Assembly: GCA_938003985.1 (NCBI GenBank)
Contig: CALKWZ010000080.1
Location: 1-31,058, forward strand
Origin: an uncultured Verrucomicrobiota bacterium
GTDB taxonomy: Bacteria > Verrucomicrobiota > Kiritimatiellia > CAIQIC01 > Lenti-01
Direction of reading: 5' to 3'
Length of the DNA stretch: 31,058 nt
The stretch's first letter is position 1. Each line of letters opens with the position of its first letter. The notes under the pieces were generated by a model. That model was not told where the DNA came from and ran no database searches. It worked only from the letters and a program-made list of their open reading frames with translations. The position numbers and the translations under genes were made by a program. This document shows, piece after piece, positions 16,884 to 22,475 of this stretch.

Positions 16884-18719
16884 GTGAATCCATCCGAAAT
16901 CGTCCTGCTGGTGTTCCAGGTCCTCGGGGGCCTGAGCCTCTTCATCTACGGCATGCACGTCATGACCGGCAGCCTGCGCGCGGCCGCCGGCGCCTCCCTG
17001 CGCTCCATCCTGGCCCGCGCCACCCGCAGCCGGCCCCAAGGCGCGGTCTTCGGCACGACCGTCGGCTTCCTCGCCCACTCCGGCGCGGCCGTCGCGATGC
17101 TCGCCGGCTTCATCAACGCGGGCGTCATGACCCTCGAACAGTCCATCGCCCCCGTCTTCGGCGCCAACATCGGCACGTCCCTGTCCATGCAGCTCGTGTC
17201 GTTCCACATCGCCGACTACTGCTGGGCCGCCATCGGCATCGGCTTCCTGCTCGACGCCCTGATCCCCTCCGACCGCTGGCGCAAGCTCGGCGGGGCCCTC
17301 ATCGGCTTCGGCCTGCTGTTCCTCGGCATGGAAACCATTTCCGCCGGCATCGCCCCCCACAAGGACGCCCTCGCCCCCTTCCTCTCCCACATCCGCGGCG
17401 ACGTCTGGACCTGGCGCCTCCTCGGCGTCGGCATCTCGGCGCTGCTCACTGCCCTGATCACCTCCTCCGGCGCGATGATCGGTCTCTGCTTCGCCCTCGT
17501 CACCGCCGGCGTCTTCACGGAGTTCCACCAGGTCGCCGTCGTCGTGCTCGGCGCGCATATCGGCACCTGCATCGTGCCCATCATGGCCGCCGTTCCCATG
17601 CGCATCGGCGCGTGGCGCGCCGCCATTGCCCACCTGCTGTTCAACGTCGCCAACGTCGCCCTCGCCTTGCTCGCCTGGCCCCTCGTCGTCTGGGCCTGCG
17701 AAGCGTCCTCCCCCGGCAACCTCCTCCGGCAGGCCGCCAATCTGCACACCTTCGCCATGGTCGCGGCCACCCTCCTCCTCCTGCCGCTCACCGGCCTCTT
17801 CACCCGCCTCGTGCGCCTGCTGACCCCTTCCAAGGAGCCCATCCCCGCCCCGTCCTTCCTCGAGGACAAACTGATCGCCAAGCCCGAACAGGCCCTCGCC
17901 GCCGTCATCCGCGAACTGCGCCGCATGGCCGAAATCTGCGTCGACAGCATGATGCTCAACGGCGAACTCATCCTGAACCCCACCCGCAAGACCTTCCGCC
18001 GGCTCCTGTCCAACGAAGACGTCATCAACGAAGTCCGCCAGTCCATGGGCGATTACTTCAACCAGCTCACGAAACACTACCTCTCCCGCCGCCAAACCCT
18101 CTTCCTGCAGCACCTCGACCGCTGCATGAAGGACATCGAGCGCATCGGCGACCACCTCACCCACATCGGCGAAACCTCCTGCGAGCGCTTCAAGGTGACC
18201 GAGGCCATCCTGCCCGAAGACCTGTTCCGCACCTGGTTCACGCTCTTCTGCACCGCCAAGCGCGTCGTCGCCCTCATGGCGCGGTCCTTCGACCCCGACC
18301 ACAACGCCTTCCAGAACGTCGCCCTCGAAATCCTTCGCGCGCGCGACGTCTACATGATCCAGTCCATGGACGCCAAGGCCGAGTTCGCCGGCGCCGTCCG
18401 CGAAAAGCGCATCACTCCCATCGGCGGCTATTACCTCTCCCGCTACATCGAGGATCTCGACCGCCTGGTCCGCCGCGCCAAGTCCATCGCCTTCGCCGAA
18501 CGCCAGCCCGACTTCTGGGTCAAGGCCGCCAAGCTCGAAAAAGAGGCCAAGGAAGCCCCCGTCTACGCCGCCCAGACCCGCGTCGATCCCCGCGCATATC
18601 TCGAACTGCTCCGCAAGGAGTCCCCCTTCGACGATTCCGACCTGGCCGACGCCGACCACCCGGGCGTTCCCGCCGAATCCCCCCACCAGGCCCCGCCCGA
18701 CGAACCGCCGCAGGCCTGA
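16884..18719 (+). CDS. Na/Pi cotransporter family protein with C-terminal PhoU-like domain (paralog 3)
   Basis: Track ORF starts at TTG 16806. GTG 16884 is preceded by GAGGAG at 8 nt and gives NPSEIVLLVFQVLGGLSLFIYGMHVMTGSLR. Motifs FGANIGTS, ITSSGAMIGL, LGAHIGTC, DIERIGDHL. Acidic/Pro-rich C-terminal tail. Confidence 0.85.
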   Translation: MNPSEIVLLVFQVLGGLSLFIYGMHVMTGSLRAAAGASLRSILARATRSRPQGAVFGTTVGFLAHSGAAVAMLAGFINAGVMTLEQSIAPVFGANIGTSLSMQLVSFHIADYCWAAIGIGFLLDALIPSDRWRKLGGALIGFGLLFLGMETISAGIAPHKDALAPFLSHIRGDVWTWRLLGVGISALLTALITSSGAMIGLCFALVTAGVFTEFHQVAVVVLGAHIGTCIVPIMAAVPMRIGAWRAAIAHLLFNVANVALALLAWPLVVWACEASSPGNLLRQAANLHTFAMVAATLLLLPLTGLFTRLVRLLTPSKEPIPAPSFLEDKLIAKPEQALAAVIRELRRMAEICVDSMMLNGELILNPTRKTFRRLLSNEDVINEVRQSMGDYFNQLTKHYLSRRQTLFLQHLDRCMKDIERIGDHLTHIGETSCERFKVTEAILPEDLFRTWFTLFCTAKRVVALMARSFDPDHNAFQNVALEILRARDVYMIQSMDAKAEFAGAVREKRITPIGGYYLSRYIEDLDRLVRRAKSIAFAERQPDFWVKAAKLEKEAKEAPVYAAQTRVDPRAYLELLRKESPFDDSDLADADHPGVPAESPHQAPPDEPPQA

Positions 18720-18762
18720 GCCGCGGACGCGCCCGCGCTCAAGGCGTTTTGGGAACAACGTA

Positions 18763-18837
18763 CCCCCGACGGGGTCGTCGGGGGCTCCAAAGAAACGGAT
18801 CTCTTGGCTGTTTGGAGCCGGGACGACCTCGTCCCGG
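18763..18837. terminator. Three abutting GC-rich hairpins in a convergent intergenic region (bidirectional terminator candidates)
   Basis: CCCCCGAC/GTCGGGGG (18763-18784), GGCTCCAAA/TTTGGAGCC (18783-18819) and CCGGGACGA/TCGTCCCGG (18818-18837). They lie between the stop of the plus-strand gene (18719) and the stop of the minus-strand gene (18867). Confidence 0.5.
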
Positions 18838-18866
18838 ATGAGTCCAAGGACTAGCGGAAAGATCGA

Positions 18867-19868
18867 TCAACCCAAGCCGAACGGCGCGACGACCTCGACG
18901 GCGGGAAAGACCTCCCGCACGCGCGCTTCGTCTTGCGCCTCGAACAACAGTTTCACGTTGGGCCCCGCGTCCATCGTGAACCACAGCGCCAGCCCCGCTT
19001 CCCGCGCCGCCCAGATGGTCCGCATCGCCGCCATCGTCTCCGGCAGCGCGTACACGATCGGCGGCCGCGTCGCGGCCATCAGCGCGTGCATCGCCAGCGC
19101 GTTGGCTTCGGCCGTTTCCCCCAGCGCCCGGAAATCCCTGGCCGCGATCGCCGCCTTCACCGCCGCCAGGTCCTTGGCCACCCGCCCCGGCCATTCGCGG
19201 TAGAATTCGCACGTTTCCACGCTGCGCTTCATGCCTTCGCGCGACCCGACCGGTTTCTCCGCGGAGCACAGCACCACCGCACCCACCCGCAGCTCCGGCC
19301 ACTCCGCGTCCAGCCGTTCCGCATAGGAATCCAGGCCGTCCGCGGCCGTGCCCGCATGCCACTCCACGAATCCGTCCGCCAAGCTCCGCGCCGCGCTGCC
19401 GCTGCCCAGCCGCGCCAGCACCGACAGCTCCCGCGGCGCCAGCCCCCACCCGAACAGCGCGTCCGCCGCTTTCGCCAGCGCCGCGAAACCCGACGCCGAC
19501 GACGCGAAGCCCGCCGCCGTCGGCACCGTGTTGCGCGCCTTGAGGTCGAAAACGAAATCCGGCGCCGGCCGGAACAAATCCAAAAACGCGCTCGCGCGCC
19601 GCGCGAACGAGCTGTCCGCCGACAGTTGTTTCCCGTTGAGCCAAACCGCGTCCGCGGCGCCCGCGCCCCGCGCCAGTTCCACGTGCGAGCCCAGCGGCCC
19701 CAGCGAAATCGACAGGCTGCCCGTCACGGGCAGGTTCAGCGTCTCGTCGCGCTTGCCCCAGTACTTCACCAGCGCGATGTTCGCCGGCGCGTAGACCGAA
19801 ACCGGCCCCTTTTCCTGGAATCCGCGGCCGGCCAGCATCCGGCGGACGACCTGCCGCACCGCGTTCAC
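18867..19868 (-). CDS. mvaD: Diphosphomevalonate decarboxylase (MVD family)
   Basis: APANIALVKYWGKRDETLNLP, NTVPTAAGFASSASGFAALA and TMDAGPNVKLL motifs. The GTG start at 19868 overlaps the upstream stop (GTGA). An alternative ATG lies at 19838. Confidence 0.85.
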   Translation of the reverse strand: MNAVRQVVRRMLAGRGFQEKGPVSVYAPANIALVKYWGKRDETLNLPVTGSLSISLGPLGSHVELARGAGAADAVWLNGKQLSADSSFARRASAFLDLFRPAPDFVFDLKARNTVPTAAGFASSASGFAALAKAADALFGWGLAPRELSVLARLGSGSAARSLADGFVEWHAGTAADGLDSYAERLDAEWPELRVGAVVLCSAEKPVGSREGMKRSVETCEFYREWPGRVAKDLAAVKAAIAARDFRALGETAEANALAMHALMAATRPPIVYALPETMAAMRTIWAAREAGLALWFTMDAGPNVKLLFEAQDEARVREVFPAVEVVAPFGLG

Positions 19869-20803
19869 GGCAGCGCCTCCGCCGTCGCGCCGACCGGATC
19901 GACCTCGATCGCCAGCGCCGGGACGCCCCACTCGCGCCGCATCGCCTTGCCCAGCCCCACCACGCAATCGCCCAGCCCCGAGCCCGAAATCTTGCTGCCG
20001 AAAATCTGCGGATCCTCGCGCAGCGCGAACACCAGTTCCGCCAGCTTGGCGTTGTTCACGCCCAGCGCGTCCATCAGCCCCTGGTTCACGTTCATCAGCT
20101 CGCCCAGCGCCGGCCAGTCGCCTTTGGCGGCGGCCTCGAAGGCGCGCTTCACCGTGGCGCCGATCAACGCGTCCAGCTGCGCGAACGTCTCCGGCTGCCG
20201 CTGGCGTTTTTCTTCCACGAGGGCGATCACTTCCGGCGTCGGCAGCTTGCTGCCCGAATACAGCACCGTCAGCGCCGGCGCCTTGGGCAGCTTCACCGCT
20301 TCCCGCGACTCCGCGTAGAACCGCAAACAGCCCCCGTAGGCGCTCGCCGCCACGTCCGCGCCGGAGCCCACTCCGCCCTGCACCTTGCGGATGACCTTCG
20401 TCCCGGCCTCGACCAGCGCGCCCGGATTCAACGGCTGGCCCAGCGCCCCCGCCAGCGCCGCCAGCGTCGCCACCGTCACCGCCGCGCTCGAGCCCAGCCC
20501 CATCTGGTGGGACATCTCGGACTTGATGTCCAGTTCGAACCCCTGCTTGAAATCGGACCGGACGGCGCGGATCGCGCCCAGCACGAACCGGAAACTGTCG
20601 TTCGGCGCCAGTTCGTCCAGGGTGGTTTCATGCTCGCCCAAGGCCGAATGCACGACGAGCGTGCGGTCCGCGCGCGGCTTCAGCTTGATCTTCATCCGCT
20701 TGCTGATCGCGCAGACGATGGCCGGCTGCCCGCGCAGCACGGCGTGTTCGCCCATGAGCATGAGGCTGCCCGGCGCGGAGGCTTTGACGGCGCGCAAGGT
20801 CAT
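19865..20803 (-). CDS. GHMP kinase, mevalonate-kinase-like (candidate phosphomevalonate kinase function)
   Basis: 312 aa. ASAPGSLMLMGEHAVLRG N-terminal motif, GLGSSAAVTVA ATP-binding motif, SGSGLGDCV. Sits between mvk and the decarboxylase. Confidence 0.78.
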   Translation of the reverse strand: MTLRAVKASAPGSLMLMGEHAVLRGQPAIVCAISKRMKIKLKPRADRTLVVHSALGEHETTLDELAPNDSFRFVLGAIRAVRSDFKQGFELDIKSEMSHQMGLGSSAAVTVATLAALAGALGQPLNPGALVEAGTKVIRKVQGGVGSGADVAASAYGGCLRFYAESREAVKLPKAPALTVLYSGSKLPTPEVIALVEEKRQRQPETFAQLDALIGATVKRAFEAAAKGDWPALGELMNVNQGLMDALGVNNAKLAELVFALREDPQIFGSKISGSGLGDCVVGLGKAMRREWGVPALAIEVDPVGATAEALP

Positions 20804-20816
20804 CGGAAAACCGGAA

Positions 20817-21830
20817 TCACACCACCCGCACGCCCAGCGGATCGGGGCGCACGGTCATCAGCTCGTAGCCGTACTTCGCGCACAGCTCGGCCGGCGTTTC
20901 TTTCGCCGCCACCAGCACCATGCCGCCGGCCTCCCCCGCCACGGCCCCCGCGCCGCAGATCTTCGCCGCCGCGCCGGCCGCTTCCACTTCGGCCACGAAA
21001 TCCGCCACGCGGCCCGGCACCACGCCGATTTCCGCCAGCAGCCGGTGGTTCTCGCGCAGCGTCTTCTGGAAGGCCTTGAGATCGTCGCGCTCCAGCGCCT
21101 TCTGCATGTGGTTGGCGACGCCTTCGAAGTGGTCCCAGATCGGGTGGTTCGCGCCGATGCGCCGGGCCACCGCGGCCACCGCTTCGCCCGTGGTGCTCGC
21201 CGGCGTGCCCGTGTTCACGATGTACAGCGGCACCCGCGGCAGCGGCAGCTCCTGCGCCGCGCCGTTCTGGAACCGCACGCAGCCGCCGTGCAGCGACACG
21301 TACGTGTCCAGCCCGCTGGCCTTGCCGTGCTGCATGTTTTCCACTTCCAGGCTGTAGCGATCGTACCACTCCGGCCGGAACTCCACCCGGTAGTAGTGCC
21401 CCAGGCCCCGCAGCACGCTCAGGATCGTCGCCGCCGAAGACCCCATCCCGCACCCGATCGGGATGTTCGAATTCAGCCGCACGTTCACTCCGCCGCCCAT
21501 CTTCAGGTGCAGCCCGTCGAGGACCGTCACGAACGCGTACTGGAACAGATCCACCGGCTTGCGCAGCACTTCGCGGATCGGCATGCGCCCCGCCAAAAAT
21601 TCCTCGTAGTTGCGCTCCACGCGCCCGTGGAAATCCCGCAGCGCCCGCAGCGTGAAGGATTCCTTCTGCGCCTGCAGGTTGGGCAGGTCGAACGACACCG
21701 TCTCGTCCGCGCCGTCCATCGTGATCAACGTCTGGGCGTTGCGGTTCACCGCCATCGCGAGCGCCGGCCGGCCGTAGACCACCGCGTGCTCGCCGGTCAG
21801 GATCAATTTGCCTGGAGCGACTGCTTTCAT
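20817..21830 (-). CDS. mvk: Mevalonate kinase
   Basis: Track ORF trimmed to MKAVAPGKLILTGEHAVVYGRPALA (ATG at 21830). PIGCGMGSSAA, GKASGLD and KICGAG motifs. Confidence 0.85.
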   Translation of the reverse strand: MKAVAPGKLILTGEHAVVYGRPALAMAVNRNAQTLITMDGADETVSFDLPNLQAQKESFTLRALRDFHGRVERNYEEFLAGRMPIREVLRKPVDLFQYAFVTVLDGLHLKMGGGVNVRLNSNIPIGCGMGSSAATILSVLRGLGHYYRVEFRPEWYDRYSLEVENMQHGKASGLDTYVSLHGGCVRFQNGAAQELPLPRVPLYIVNTGTPASTTGEAVAAVARRIGANHPIWDHFEGVANHMQKALERDDLKAFQKTLRENHRLLAEIGVVPGRVADFVAEVEAAGAAAKICGAGAVAGEAGGMVLVAAKETPAELCAKYGYELMTVRPDPLGVRVV

Positions 21831-21863
21831 TTCAAAAAGACACGATACCCTCCTTCCGGCCCG

Positions 21864-21892
21864 TTGTAAAGCGCTCCAGCCTCTGCTAGGAT
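21864..21892 (+). promoter_or_regulatory. Candidate promoter of the DUF721 gene
   Basis: TTGTAA at 21864-21869, a 17-nt spacer, TAGGAT at 21887-21892. The ATG at 21901 is only 8 nt after the -10 element, with no RBS. Confidence 0.35.
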
Positions 21893-21900
21893 GCCCCTCG

Positions 21901-22302
21901 ATGAACCGCCGCAAGCCCTACAACCGAGGCCAGTGGGAAGTCGCCCGCGAGCGCTTCCGCGTCGCCGACCTGCAACCGCCGGCCGAGGACGCCGGCGCGC
22001 TGCCGCTCGCCGCGCTCATCCCCGAGGCGCTCAAGGGCATGAAGCTCGCCGCCCATGCCCAGGTCGCGCAGATCGCCGCCGCCTGGCCGGACATCGTCGG
22101 CCCCCAGCTCGCGGGCAACACCCGCCCCGCCCACCTCGAAAACAAGATCCTCCTCGTCTACGTCTCCCACCCCGCCTGGATCATGGAACTCCGCGGCCCC
22201 ATGACCGGCGAAATCCTCCGCCGCCTCCAGGCCAAATTCGGCGCCAGCGACCTCAAAAACCTCCGCTTCGCCGTCGATCCAGAGCCCCCCGCCCGCCGCT
22301 GA
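21901..22302 (+). CDS. DUF721 (DciA-like) domain protein
   Basis: 133 aa. WPDIVGPQLAGNTRPAHLENKILLVYVSHPAWIMELRGPMTGEILRRL matches the DUF721 core pattern (W..IVG..LA..T.P..L....L.V.V.....EL). Confidence 0.78.
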   Translation: MNRRKPYNRGQWEVARERFRVADLQPPAEDAGALPLAALIPEALKGMKLAAHAQVAQIAAAWPDIVGPQLAGNTRPAHLENKILLVYVSHPAWIMELRGPMTGEILRRLQAKFGASDLKNLRFAVDPEPPARR

Positions 22303-22334
22303 CCATGCCCCCCGGCGCGCCCAGTTGCGGCATG

Positions 22335-22453
22335 AAACTTTTTACGTACTACGTAAAAATCGCCCAAAGTTTTTACGTTCTACGTAAAACCCGTCCCAAA
22401 GTTTTTACGTTCTACGTAAAAATCCGCGAAAGTTTTTACGTTCTACGTAAAAT
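22335..22453. repeat. Four tandem 31/32-bp repeats, each with the palindrome TTTT(T)ACGT-N3-ACGTAAAA(A)
   Basis: Palindromes at 22339-22359, 22370-22389, 22402-22422 and 22433-22452 (period 31, 32, 31). Unit consensus (C)AAAGTTTTTACGTTCTACGTAAAA. A degenerate fifth AAAGTT follows at 22460, then the palindrome TTCCATGGAA at 22472-22481. Confidence 0.9.
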
Positions 22454-22475
22454 CTCCGCAAAGTTCTTCCATTCC

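Noticed and set aside
12329-18758. Very long minus-strand ORFs 12329..14983 (884 aa), 15062..16639 (525 aa) and 16683..18758 (691 aa), plus frame-shifted plus-strand ORFs
   Set aside because: They are exact antisense or off-frame shadows of the three Na/Pi-PhoU genes. Composition is dominated by G/A/D/E/R/V repeats, with no TM pattern or motifs.
22335-22453. Repeat array as a CRISPR locus
   Set aside because: The units are 31-32 bp in total, with only about 10-12 bp between palindromes, far too short for spacers. The inter-palindrome segments are themselves similar (CC.AAAG). No cas genes are nearby.
21891-22475. First 195 codons of the 1189-aa track ORF as part of the transporter protein
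   Set aside because: This stretch overlaps the DUF721 gene in another frame and reads straight through the non-coding repeat array. The first plausible start is ATG 22476.
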